Part shown: positions 45,385 through 54,778 of the stretch, in pieces
Numbering within the stretch: position 1 is the stretch's first letter
How the letters are laid out: the number at the start of each line of letters is the position of its first letter
Origin: Armatimonadota bacterium
GTDB lineage: Bacteria; Armatimonadota; Fimbriimonadia; Fimbriimonadales; GBS-DC
Length of the DNA stretch: 64,000 nucleotides
Assembly (NCBI GenBank): GCA_037444405.1
Contig: JBBIML010000016.1
Coordinates: 1-64,000, forward strand
Direction of reading: 5' to 3'
The notes under the pieces: generated by a model
The model's input: only the letters and a program-made list of their open reading frames with translations
The model's database searches: none
Told to the model about the DNA's origin: nothing
Program-made: the position numbers and the translations under genes

Positions 45385-47940
45385 TCACACCCCCACACAC
45401 TGGAAGCCCGCCCAGTGATAAGGGTGCGCGAAGGGGCGTTCAGTGGGGTTCTGCGACTCCAGCACGCGACGCATCGGCGCAATATCCACCCACGCCAGCC
45501 GTTCCTCACGCAGCTCCGCCTCTTTCTGACGAACCAGCGCCAGCGCCTCGCCCGCTGTAAGGTCGCGCAACCAGAGCTGCGCCTCACGCAACGCCGCACC
45601 CTTCGGCTTGCCCACCTCCAGCAACTCATACGCCTTCATCATCAGCAACGCCGTCGACAGGTCGTTCACCGTCCAAAGGCTGCCGTACACCGTCGGCGCG
45701 CCCGCATACAGAAAGCCCACAGGCAGCCCGTAATGCTCGTCGGCTATCTCGCGAAAGTCCACCAGCCCCGTCTCGCACGCCGACAGCACCACCAGCCACG
45801 CCTGCGGCAGATGCACGCCCTCCAGTATCTCGCCCAGCGTCAGCGTATCGCCTGCCAGCTGGAGCGCCGACTCCAGCGGGTTGTCCAACCGATACTGCCC
45901 GTGGCAGGCAAAGTGCAGGTAGCCGCGCCCCTGCAGCCACCGGCGCACCTCCGACTCGGTCGCCTGATCGCGCCAGAGCATCAGGCAGCGCGCGTTGCCC
46001 AGCCGCCGCTCAATCGCCTCGCCCTCCCACTCGGAAGCGGTCAGGTCGCCCGGCGGGTCGGGGTTGACAACGCCGAGCAGCGTCTCGCGGTTGCGTCCCG
46101 CCTGCTCGCGCTCGCAGCAGCGATGGAAGATGGTCAGGCTCGGCGCATAGCGAACCTCGCACTCGTCCATCAGATAGCGCCGTGCGCCGTTCTCCTCCCA
46201 CCAGCAGGCGTGCAGGGGCAGGATCGCCAGCCCCTTGTTCGGCACAATCACCAGCGACCGAACCCTCTTCTGCTGCAGGCGCGCATGCACGGGCTGCACC
46301 AGCTCCTCATACAGTACGCCCAGTGTCGCGTCCATACCCTCCAGCCATCGCTGACGCGCTTGCCCTATCGCCCCTCTATCTCCCAGCGCAAGCGCTTTTT
46401 GATAAGCGTAGTAGCGCGCCACCCAGCCGTCTACCGCCTCCCCATCTTCAAACCGAACCAGTAGCTCATACAGCCGCTCGGTCGTGAAGTCGGGAACCGA
46501 CACCACCTCGGTTTGCTCGTCGGGGTAGACCAGGAAGGCGAAACTGCCCTCGTCCGTGACCCGAAACAGCAGCAGGGTGGATTGGGCTTTCTGGGCAAGC
46601 GCGCGGATTTGCGTCAGGTTCAGCGGCTTCGCGTGCGGCAGGAAGTCGGGGTCGTGCTGGCGGATTTGCGCTACCAGTTCATCCAGGCGCCGCATCGCCT
46701 CCCGCCGTTCCTGCTGGAGCTGCGCCATCCGCTCCTCGCGGGATTGCCCATCGTCAAGTTGCCCATCGCGCCCGTCGCGGCGCAGCGCGTCCTCCAGCGC
46801 GCGGGCGCGGAACAACATCTGCTCGTACTCCGCCACCAGCTCAGGCGGCGCGTTCTGGGGGCGCAAATCGCGCAGGGTCAGCAGGTCAATCAGCGTGCGG
46901 CTCTTGCCCTGCTCGGCGACCTCCAGCGCACGCTCGTAGCGCCCCTCGCGCATCAGGCAGAGAATGAGGTTCTCGAAGATGTGCAGGTTCTCGCGCATCA
47001 CCGTTTCGCGCCGTTCGAGGCTGAGCGCTTCCGTGCGCAGCTGCTCCACCTGTTGCACCGCCTCTTCCAGCGCCTTAATCGCCTCTACCCAGCGTGCCTG
47101 CGCCATCAGGAGTTGACCGAGGTTGGAGAGCAGTTTTGCTTTGAGGTCTGGGGCGTCGTAGTTCTGGAGCAGCGCCTGCGCCTCGCGGTAGGCTTGCTCC
47201 GCCTCGTCATACCGACGCAGACTGCGAAGCGCGTTCCCCAGATTGTTGAGGGTCATCGCCACATCGGGGATGTAGACTTCGGGCTGCTGCTGGGCAAGTT
47301 CGCGATATAACGCCAACGCTTCCTGATACGCCGCCACCGCCTCGTCATACCGACGCAGCTCATCAAGCGCAACCCCCAGATTGGTGAGGGTTCTTGCGAC
47401 CTCAGGTGTGTAAACTTCGGGCTGCTGCTGGGCAAGTTCGCGATATAACGCCAGCGCCTCTTGATACACCGCCACCGCCTCGCCGTACCGACGCGCATGG
47501 TAGTAGCCCCTACCCATCAATCCGAAATAGAACGCCACGCAGGGCAGGTCGTTCAGCGCGCGGGCAATCCTCAATGACTGCTCACACGCTTGCAGACCCA
47601 CCTCCCACATCTGCGCTTGCAGCTCAAGCGGGAAATGCTTGAACCTCTCCACAAGCGCCGCTCTCAGAAACAACGCGATGAGCCTGACAGTCTGCGCCTC
47701 TTCCGTGCGTCCCGCGCTCTGCAGGGCAGGAAGCAGGGCTGCCGCGATTGTGTCCACACTCTGCTCGTCTCTCTGCTGAAACGCGCGCAGCAGCTGAGCA
47801 ATCGCCGTTTCGCCCGCCGTGTCCGCCGCCTGAACCGCCTGCTCCAGCAGTGCGGGTTTCTGCAGGGCGATATACTGACGGGCGAGTTGCGCCCATCCGT
47901 TAGGTTGCCTCATCATGTTGCCGTTCCTCACTGTTCTCAC
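45385..47940 (-). CDS. TPR + CHAT (caspase-like) protease
   Basis: 46-aa TPR repeats, EQGKSRTL, LPLHA, catalytic HFACHG and LSACETG, SLWTV.D, HPYHWAGF. The start could be ATG 47916. Confidence 0.92.
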   Translation of the reverse strand: MRTVRNGNMMRQPNGWAQLARQYIALQKPALLEQAVQAADTAGETAIAQLLRAFQQRDEQSVDTIAAALLPALQSAGRTEEAQTVRLIALFLRAALVERFKHFPLELQAQMWEVGLQACEQSLRIARALNDLPCVAFYFGLMGRGYYHARRYGEAVAVYQEALALYRELAQQQPEVYTPEVARTLTNLGVALDELRRYDEAVAAYQEALALYRELAQQQPEVYIPDVAMTLNNLGNALRSLRRYDEAEQAYREAQALLQNYDAPDLKAKLLSNLGQLLMAQARWVEAIKALEEAVQQVEQLRTEALSLERRETVMRENLHIFENLILCLMREGRYERALEVAEQGKSRTLIDLLTLRDLRPQNAPPELVAEYEQMLFRARALEDALRRDGRDGQLDDGQSREERMAQLQQERREAMRRLDELVAQIRQHDPDFLPHAKPLNLTQIRALAQKAQSTLLLFRVTDEGSFAFLVYPDEQTEVVSVPDFTTERLYELLVRFEDGEAVDGWVARYYAYQKALALGDRGAIGQARQRWLEGMDATLGVLYEELVQPVHARLQQKRVRSLVIVPNKGLAILPLHACWWEENGARRYLMDECEVRYAPSLTIFHRCCEREQAGRNRETLLGVVNPDPPGDLTASEWEGEAIERRLGNARCLMLWRDQATESEVRRWLQGRGYLHFACHGQYRLDNPLESALQLAGDTLTLGEILEGVHLPQAWLVVLSACETGLVDFREIADEHYGLPVGFLYAGAPTVYGSLWTVNDLSTALLMMKAYELLEVGKPKGAALREAQLWLRDLTAGEALALVRQKEAELREERLAWVDIAPMRRVLESQNPTERPFAHPYHWAGFQCVGV
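47200..47495 (-). repeat. 138-bp intragenic tandem repeat encoding TPR units
   Basis: Near-identical units encoding RRY(G/D)EAVA.YQEALALYRELAQQQPEVY. Confidence 0.85.
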
Positions 47941-47960
47941 CTTCCTTCTTGCAGTATACC

Positions 47961-49208
47961 CTATCTTCGCCTGAGCCAGAGGTAGAGCAGCAGGAAGAGG
48001 GGCAGGGTGAACCCCAGCATCGCCAGCCGCACCTGCCAGGTCAGCACATCCCCGAACAGATCGGCGACGGAGATGACCACGAAGGCGGTTGCCACCAGCG
48101 CGATGCGCCGCTCCCAGTGGGTGCTGCGGATGCTGGCGATGGTGAGCAGGCTCTGGAGCGCTCGATCCGCCTGCTCGCGGGTAATCTGCAGGTAGCGCAG
48201 GTCTGCCTCCAGCTGTTCAATCAGGAGCTGGAGTTCACTGGCGAAGAGCCTTTCGGCTTCTGCGCTGCACCCGCCCCACAGGGGGTCATCAAACAGAAGT
48301 TGCAGGTTGCGCAGGCTGATGCGCAGGGTCTGCAGCAGCTCCTCCAGCGTGCTGATAGTTTCGATGAAGTGCATCTGCTGGTCGGAGATGCGGGCGCTCA
48401 GGGTTTCCAGCTGCTCCAGTTTCAGGCGGGGTTCGGCGCTCTGCTTGAGCAGGCTGTCGATTTCCTGCTCCTGCCGATGCGCCTGGGCAATCAGGGGTTC
48501 ATACTGCTGGGCGACGCCGCGCCGCTTGAGCAGGCTCAATATCAGCTGGGGCAGGATGGCATGCAGGAACCGCGCCGCCCGCTCCCCTGCCGTGTTGTGG
48601 TAGAGCAGGATGAAGGTCTCGCGCGTTTCATCGGGCACGGTCGCCAGATAGCCGATGGGGAGCAGGACGCCGTTTATGGGGGCATCCGTTCCTGCCGCCG
48701 CGCAGGGGCGATGGGGGGCAATCTCGGCGCAGAGGGCATGCAGCTCCGCCTCGCTCAGCCCCTCCTGCACTTCGGCGCAGAGGCAGAGCGCCTCGCCCAG
48801 GAAGTTATCGGGCTGTTGGGACGGGCGCCAGAGAGTGGGTTTGGCGAAGGTTTTGGGTTCGGCGTCGCCCTCGAACGCCTGCCCCAGCTGGAGGTAGAAG
48901 GTGTCGAGCAGAGTGCGCGATTCCAGCTCGCGCAGGACGCCGTTATGTTCGCGCCACTCCACGCTGGCGATGCGTTCGCTATATGCCGACGCCTGCGGGG
49001 AGGCGGAGCGCGGCGCGGGGCATGCGTCAGGGTTCTCACCTGCCCAGCCGAACGCATCCTGTAGCACGCGGTGGAAGTTTTCAGCGTTCTGCCGCCTCTG
49101 CTCCTCGTTGTCGCGGCTGCACCAGCGCAGGTAAAACAGCCACTGGTAAAGGCTCGCGTCGCGCAGGACGGGGCTACCGCTCCTTTTTCTCCTTGTGCGC
49201 CGCTTCAC
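47961..49208 (-). CDS. Hypothetical protein with a coiled coil and two C-terminal TM helices (CorA-like tail; CATRA-like)
   Basis: Soluble alpha/beta N-terminal half, a long helical region, then ERRIALVATAFVVISV and a second TM helix ending WLRRR. Co-oriented with the CHAT gene. Confidence 0.6.
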   Translation of the reverse strand: MKRRTRRKRSGSPVLRDASLYQWLFYLRWCSRDNEEQRRQNAENFHRVLQDAFGWAGENPDACPAPRSASPQASAYSERIASVEWREHNGVLRELESRTLLDTFYLQLGQAFEGDAEPKTFAKPTLWRPSQQPDNFLGEALCLCAEVQEGLSEAELHALCAEIAPHRPCAAAGTDAPINGVLLPIGYLATVPDETRETFILLYHNTAGERAARFLHAILPQLILSLLKRRGVAQQYEPLIAQAHRQEQEIDSLLKQSAEPRLKLEQLETLSARISDQQMHFIETISTLEELLQTLRISLRNLQLLFDDPLWGGCSAEAERLFASELQLLIEQLEADLRYLQITREQADRALQSLLTIASIRSTHWERRIALVATAFVVISVADLFGDVLTWQVRLAMLGFTLPLFLLLYLWLRRR

Positions 49209-49551
49209 CTTGCGCCCCTCCCGTCTGGCTGGCGGTCGCTAACTGCTGGAAGCGGTTGCGAATCTGGCGTGCCGTCTCTTTATCGCTGAGCGTGCTTCTG
49301 GCAGAGGCGATGATTCGCTCGTGGTATGCGCCCAGCCAGCCCTGCAGCAGCCCCCGTGTGTAGTCGCGCTGTCCCAGCAGTGTGCAGATAGCATCCGCCG
49401 TATGCTCCAGCTCCTCTATGCTCGGTTCTTCGGGAAGATCCCCGACAATCTGGCGGTACTCGGTCAGGAACTCGTTCCAGCCCTCCCCCAGATTCTGGCG
49501 AATGGCGTCCCACTGGCTCTCCAGCAGGTTCAGAATATCCTGCACATGCAT
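49174..49551 (-). CDS. Small alpha-helical protein (CATASP-like)
   Basis: 125 aa, GAGGTG RBS, overlaps the next gene and is first in the three-gene CHAT locus. Confidence 0.6.
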   Translation of the reverse strand: MHVQDILNLLESQWDAIRQNLGEGWNEFLTEYRQIVGDLPEEPSIEELEHTADAICTLLGQRDYTRGLLQGWLGAYHERIIASARSTLSDKETARQIRNRFQQLATASQTGGAQGEAAHKEKKER

Positions 49552-49580
49552 GTTCAGATCACCTCTTCTGCGCCCCTATT

Positions 49581-50960
49581 TTACCACCCATAGCGTTCGG
49601 GTCCCCAGTCGCGATAGATGAGTTCCTGCTTGAGCAGCACCAGTTTGCGGCTGGGGATGTCTTCATAGACCACAATGCCTGCGCCGACGCAGCTGTACGC
49701 GCCAATCTTGACGCCGGGCATGGTGATGACATTCACGCCTGTGCGGGAGAAGTCGCCGAAGTAGGTGCCGTTCGCGCCGAACTCTGGTCGTTCGCGTCGT
49801 CCGCGCACCAGATGCATGGTGTCGCCATCGTCGAACCGCAGGGTGCCGCACACGGTCGCCGCGCCGATGTCCACCCGCTGACCCACCACGCCCATAATCT
49901 CGCAATAGTGGAACAGGAAGGAGCCGTCGAGCATCACGCCGTCCATTTCGGCGTCGTGCCCCACGATGCAGCCGTTGCCGATGACGGTCGTGCCGCTGAT
50001 GAGGCAGTAGTCGCTGATGCGGCTGCGAGCGCCAATCGCGAGGTTGCCCCTGAGAATCGCGCCGTTGGTGATGCGCGTCTGGCGCCCGATGAAGGCGTTG
50101 CCCGCAATCACCACGCGCCTGCCAATCGATGCGCCCTCCTCCACCACGATGCGCCCCTCAATCTCGGCGGAGTCGTCGATCTGCACCTCTTTGCCGATGC
50201 GGTCGGCGTCAAGCTGCTGGGCTTCCCAGTCGAGCCAGCGGGCGTTCGCCTCCCAGATGTGCCACGGCTTGTCGATGTCCACCAGGAAGCCGTCGGGTTC
50301 GACACAGGGGATGTCGTGCCCCTGTCGGAGCAGCATCGGCAGGCACTCGGCGAGTTCGGCTTCGACGGGCGGCATGCCGCCGACAGGCACGCTGGTCATC
50401 AGTCCCGGATGGGCGTTCAGCACGGGCGCGATATGCGGGCTGAAGGCGAACAGCCCGCCCGGCCGATGGGTGGTGTCCGCGCTGTGCCCCTCCACGCTCA
50501 TCAGGCGCCCCTCGCGCACATAGGCGCCAATCCAGTCGCGTGGGTCATGTTCCTGCAGGTAGGGCTGGGCGACGACCGCCGCGATTGCCCCTGTGCGCTG
50601 GAAGGTCTCCATCAGGCGGCGAACGGTGCCTGGCGGCGTCGCGATATCGCCATACGCCACGAGGAACGGCTCCTCGCCGATCAGGGGCAGCGCGCTCTGT
50701 AAGGCGTATGCTGTGCCTGCGGGCGGGTTCTGACGGATGAAGGCGACGGGGCAGGGCAGGTCGTGCAGCGACGCCCGCACGGACGCCTCGAACGCGCCCA
50801 CCACCACAATCAGCCGCTCGATGCCACCGGCTATCAGGCTCTCGGCGAGGCGGCGCACATTCGGGCGGTTCATCACGGGGATGGCAACCTTGTTGCGCAC
50901 CTCGTTATAGGGCCAGAATCGTCTGCCCTCGCCTGCAGCCATAATCACCGCCGTCTTCAT
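49581..50960 (-). CDS. Sugar-1-phosphate nucleotidyltransferase with left-handed beta-helix (GlmU-like)
   Basis: AVIMAAGEGRRFWP...NK, GTA.A, YGD and hexapeptide repeats. Confidence 0.88.
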   Translation of the reverse strand: MKTAVIMAAGEGRRFWPYNEVRNKVAIPVMNRPNVRRLAESLIAGGIERLIVVVGAFEASVRASLHDLPCPVAFIRQNPPAGTAYALQSALPLIGEEPFLVAYGDIATPPGTVRRLMETFQRTGAIAAVVAQPYLQEHDPRDWIGAYVREGRLMSVEGHSADTTHRPGGLFAFSPHIAPVLNAHPGLMTSVPVGGMPPVEAELAECLPMLLRQGHDIPCVEPDGFLVDIDKPWHIWEANARWLDWEAQQLDADRIGKEVQIDDSAEIEGRIVVEEGASIGRRVVIAGNAFIGRQTRITNGAILRGNLAIGARSRISDYCLISGTTVIGNGCIVGHDAEMDGVMLDGSFLFHYCEIMGVVGQRVDIGAATVCGTLRFDDGDTMHLVRGRRERPEFGANGTYFGDFSRTGVNVITMPGVKIGAYSCVGAGIVVYEDIPSRKLVLLKQELIYRDWGPERYGW

Positions 50961-50972
50961 GGGGTGCCCCCT

Positions 50973-51287
50973 TTACGGCAAGCGGATTGCGGACTGGTTC
51001 TCGCGTGTGGTCTCCAGCGTGCGCACGCGCTCCTGCAGGTTCTCCAGATTGTCCTGCAGGCTCAGGTGATGCTCCATCGTGGTGCGGCGCAGTGCCTCCA
51101 TCTCGTTGCGCAGGGCTTGCAACTGTTGCAGGAGCGTTTCGTTATCGGCGCCGAGCCGCTTCATCTGGCGCCGATGCTCCAGTATTATTTCCACCAACCC
51201 GATGCACCACATGGGCACAAAAATCACGCTGGCGGTGCCCAGCAGTCCCAGTGCGATCCAGCGTGCCAGTTCCACCCATTCACCCAT
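50973..51287 (-). CDS. Small single-TM coiled-coil protein
   Basis: N-terminal TM helix and coiled coil. Paralog of the upstream gene. Confidence 0.7.
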   Translation of the reverse strand: MGEWVELARWIALGLLGTASVIFVPMWCIGLVEIILEHRRQMKRLGADNETLLQQLQALRNEMEALRRTTMEHHLSLQDNLENLQERVRTLETTRENQSAIRLP

Positions 51288-51299
51288 TGGGTTCCCCCT

Positions 51300-51605
51300 T
51301 CAGAAAGTGCGCAGCTGGGCGCGCTCGCTCAGTTGCTGTTCCAGCGTGCGCACGCGCTCCTGCAGGTTCTCCAGATTGTCCTGCAGGCTCATGTCGTACT
51401 CGGTGGAGGTACGGCGCAGTTCGGCAAGCTCGCGGCGCAGCGCTTCGATCTGCGCGATCAGCTCCTGGTTCGCCACCGCGCGTCGCTCCAGCTCCATCCG
51501 CGCCATCTCCTTGCGATGCTTCAGCACCATCGCTGTCACCGGGATAATGACAGCAGGTCCGAAGATAAACAGCACAGCGACCAGTCCTGTCAGTTCGCCA
51601 ATCAT
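51300..51605 (-). CDS. Small single-TM coiled-coil protein
   Basis: Start at MIGELTGL. TM helix followed by a coiled coil containing SLQDNLENLQERVRTLE. Confidence 0.7.
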   Translation of the reverse strand: MIGELTGLVAVLFIFGPAVIIPVTAMVLKHRKEMARMELERRAVANQELIAQIEALRRELAELRRTSTEYDMSLQDNLENLQERVRTLEQQLSERAQLRTF

Positions 51606-52369
51606 TCTTCGTCCCCCATATAGTATACCTCGCTTTTGTGTGCGCGAGGGTTCACGATTTCGCCGTTGAGTTCCCAGTCGGTTTCCCAGCGGGACAGGCG
51701 CAGGATGCCCACGCCGCGCGCGAAGGGTCTCGCCTGCGCAATCCACACGCGCCCGACGCGCTCTGGCGTCTTGAGCGGCGTGTGTGAGTGCCCACCGATG
51801 ATCAGATCCAGCAGCGGGCACGCCTCCGCCAGTTTGCGGTCCTGCCCAACGCCGATGTGGGTGAGCGCAACGAGCAGGTCGACATCGGGGCGCAGGCGGC
51901 TCGCCCACTCCTGCGCGACGCTCAGTGGCGGGTCGAACAGGTACGCGCTGACGGACGCACTGCGCATGTGGGGCGTAATCATCGGCACGGTCAAGCCGAT
52001 GATGCCGATGCGCACGCCTGCATGCTCACCCTGCCAGATGGGTTGCACAGGCAGTGGTGTGTCGGGCTGTTTCGAGCGCAGATTGGCGCACAGCAGCGGG
52101 CAGGGCGCGCCCCGCACCTTCGCCAGAAAGCCCGACGGCAAAAAGTGAAACTCACGGTTGCCAATCGTCGCAGCGTGATAGCCTGCCTGACGCATAAACT
52201 CCCACGCCGATTCGGGCTTGAGCGGGATGGCGAGGTTGCCCGCGCGGATGCAGTCGCCCGCGTCGAGCAGCAGCGCGTTCAGTTGCTCGCGCAGCTGGCG
52301 CAGCGCGTCGGCGAACGGCTGGCTCCAGCGACCATGCACATCGTTGGTGTGCAGGATAGTGAGCGTCAT
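51602..52369 (-). CDS. Metallophosphoesterase (5'-nucleotidase N-terminal domain only)
   Basis: ILHTNDVHG, LDAGD, GNREF, LTHIG, IIGGHSH. Translationally coupled to trpC. Confidence 0.85.
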   Translation of the reverse strand: MTLTILHTNDVHGRWSQPFADALRQLREQLNALLLDAGDCIRAGNLAIPLKPESAWEFMRQAGYHAATIGNREFHFLPSGFLAKVRGAPCPLLCANLRSKQPDTPLPVQPIWQGEHAGVRIGIIGLTVPMITPHMRSASVSAYLFDPPLSVAQEWASRLRPDVDLLVALTHIGVGQDRKLAEACPLLDLIIGGHSHTPLKTPERVGRVWIAQARPFARGVGILRLSRWETDWELNGEIVNPRAHKSEVYYMGDEE

Positions 52370-53157
52370 CGGCAGGCTCGCATCCATTCGGCGATCAGCG
52401 GGCGCGGGTCGTTCGCGCGCATCAGCGTCTCGCCGACCAGAATCGCCTTCACGCCCGCCTGCTGGAGCGCACGCACCTGCTCGGCGGTCTCGATGCCGCT
52501 CTCGCTCACCAGCAGGCAATCGGCGGGCACGCGCGGCAGCAGGTCGAAGGTGGTCTGCAGGCTGGTCTCGAAGGTGTGCAGGTCGCGGTTGTTGACGCCG
52601 ATGAGCGTGGCGCCGCTGGCGAGGGCGCGCTCCAGCTCGCTGGCGGTATGCACCTCCACAAGCGCGTCCAGCCCCAGCGATTCGGCAAGCTCGCGCCATT
52701 CGCGCAGGGCGGAATCGCTCTCGATGGCAGCCACAATCAGCAGGATGGCGTCGGCGCCCATCACGCGGCTCTCATAAATCTGGTAGGGGTCAACGATGAA
52801 GTCCTTGCGCAACAGGGGCAGTGGCACCTGCGGACGGATAAGGTTCAGGAACTCCAGTCGCCCACCGAAGAACGGCTCGTCGGTTAGCACGCTGAGCGCG
52901 TCCGCGCCCGCCTCGTGGTAGCGGCGGGCAATCGCGAGCGGGTCGAACTGCGAGCGAATCACGCCTTTGCTGGGCGAGGCGCGTTTCAGTTCAGCAATCA
53001 GCGCGATGGGGTTCGGCGTACGGCGCAGCGCGTTCAGGAACCCGCGCGTGGGCGGCAGGTCGCGCAGCCGCGCCCGCAGCTCCCGCTCGGGCAGCCGCGC
53101 CTGGCAAGCCGCCACCTCCGCCCGCTTCGATTCCAGAATGCGCGTCAGCACCGTCAT
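52366..53157 (-). CDS. trpC: Indole-3-glycerol phosphate synthase
   Basis: IAELKRASPSKG, SVLTD, LRKDF, GVNNRDL, SESGI, LVGE. Confidence 0.97.
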   Translation of the reverse strand: MTVLTRILESKRAEVAACQARLPERELRARLRDLPPTRGFLNALRRTPNPIALIAELKRASPSKGVIRSQFDPLAIARRYHEAGADALSVLTDEPFFGGRLEFLNLIRPQVPLPLLRKDFIVDPYQIYESRVMGADAILLIVAAIESDSALREWRELAESLGLDALVEVHTASELERALASGATLIGVNNRDLHTFETSLQTTFDLLPRVPADCLLVSESGIETAEQVRALQQAGVKAILVGETLMRANDPRPLIAEWMRACR

Positions 53158-53280
53158 CGACTGGCGAAAGCATACCCGAATCGCACACGAAATAGAGCTG
53201 TGAGACGCGCTACCCGCGAAATTAACGACCGAATCGGCGCAAAAACCCCAAAAAGTGGGTCAGGTAGACAAATGTACCAC

Positions 53281-53309
53281 TTGACAAATGGCTTCGAGCG
53301 TGCTATATT
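53281..53309 (+). promoter_or_regulatory. Near-consensus sigma70 promoter
   Basis: TTGACA-17 bp-TATATT upstream of the 53392 gene. Confidence 0.7.
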
Positions 53310-53391
53310 AATTAATATCGGCGGCTTGAAGCCTCCTATCAGGCATGGCTTATGGGCTGCTGAGGTGATTCTGTCAAACGGAGGGTCAACG

Positions 53392-54723
53392 ATGAAGCGA
53401 TACAATCGCTGGATTGCTGGAGCGAGCGCCTTTACAATGGTGGCGCTGATAGGCATTTCGTTTGCGCAGCCCGTCACGGCTCAACCAGCCGAACCTTTCA
53501 CCCCGTCGATTGTTGTTCAAGAACAAGGTCCCGTTGACCTCAACCTGAGCTGGGAGCTGGTTCCGCGTTCTCCCATTAAGTTCACCCCGTTTGACATGGT
53601 GGACCCGAATACGGGGAAACCTGTTAGCCCCGATGATTGGATCGAAGTGAACGGTGTCAGAGTCAAGGCAGGCGAGTTTTATCGCCGTTTGAACGAGATG
53701 GAGCGCTGGCTCAACGAGCGTGGTTATTCTCTCCGCACGGACACCTACTTTGAGTACTTCTCTCCAGAGCTGGAAGCCCAGATCGCCGATTCGGAGCGTC
53801 GCCTGCGCGAGTTTGAGGCGCAGATGCCGATAGAAGGCGAGCCCGGGGAAGATCAGTTCTATCCCGCCGCCTGCGTAGGCGATAGTCGAAGTTTCGACAC
53901 GGGCTGGTATGGAAACAGCCTGTGGGGGCTTCGCCTGTATGGTTCCGGGAGTTTTCAAGCCTGCTTCCCTGGCTCAAACGGAACCATTGCTTCGGCAAAT
54001 GTGAATGGCAATGCTACCTTGCAGGGACGCCTTGCCAACTTCACAGCAAATGTTGCCGAAGCAACTGGAAGTGCCTCAGCCTCTATTACCAGCAATAGCT
54101 GTTTTAACTACAGCTACAATGTGAGCGTCCGTGCCTTTGGAAATCAGGTGTGGGGCCCAAGCGGCTCTGGTAGTTACTGCGCTCGCTACCAGAACAGCTG
54201 GAACTGGCAGATTGCCAGCTTTAACTGGCGTAGTCCAACTATTCGGCTGGGATGCATCTCAATACTCGGTATCCCCGTCTGTCTGGATGGGCAGGTTGGC
54301 GTTAGCGGCTCTGCCTATCTATCAGCAGGGGTCGATATTGGGGTGTTCGCTCAAATCGCTTCTGTGCGCCCCTATGGCTCCGCCAGTGGCTGGGCAGCGG
54401 CATGGATTGGTGTGAACGCTGGCATAGCCCGTGCAGAAGCGGGTGTGCGCGGCACACTCAACTTCTTCAACGGCGGCATTGAAGGGCGTGCCATTGGCAA
54501 TCTCAGTATCGACTCTAACTGCGTGCGCTATAACTTCAATGCCCAGCTTAACGCCTCTATCTCTGCTCTAAGCGGTCATGTGGAAGCCTTCGCACGCGGC
54601 TGCATCTGGTTCTTCGGCTGGCGATGCGTGGAAGGCTCCATTCGCCTCTTTTCCTGGAGCGGTCTGAGCTGGAACGGAACCATAGGGCAGTTCTCGCGAA
54701 CCTACACGATCAACTGCTGGTGA
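53392..54723 (+). CDS. Secreted protein with a long Gly/Ala/Ser-rich amphipathic beta-sheet C-terminal domain
   Basis: GGAGG RBS and signal peptide. Acidic N-terminal domain of about 130 aa, then about 280 aa of alternating beta strands with about 9 Cys. Confidence 0.75.
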   Translation: MKRYNRWIAGASAFTMVALIGISFAQPVTAQPAEPFTPSIVVQEQGPVDLNLSWELVPRSPIKFTPFDMVDPNTGKPVSPDDWIEVNGVRVKAGEFYRRLNEMERWLNERGYSLRTDTYFEYFSPELEAQIADSERRLREFEAQMPIEGEPGEDQFYPAACVGDSRSFDTGWYGNSLWGLRLYGSGSFQACFPGSNGTIASANVNGNATLQGRLANFTANVAEATGSASASITSNSCFNYSYNVSVRAFGNQVWGPSGSGSYCARYQNSWNWQIASFNWRSPTIRLGCISILGIPVCLDGQVGVSGSAYLSAGVDIGVFAQIASVRPYGSASGWAAAWIGVNAGIARAEAGVRGTLNFFNGGIEGRAIGNLSIDSNCVRYNFNAQLNASISALSGHVEAFARGCIWFFGWRCVEGSIRLFSWSGLSWNGTIGQFSRTYTINCW

Positions 54724-54734
54724 ACCTGACTATA

Positions 54735-54764
54735 ACCCTCCCACGGGTTTTCCCGTGGGAGGGT
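54735..54764 (+). terminator. Perfect 13-bp intergenic stem-loop
   Basis: accctcccacggg-tttt-cccgtgggagggt with no following U-tract, immediately before the AAGGAGG RBS. Confidence 0.6.
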
Positions 54765-54778
54765 CTAAGGAGGTTTCC

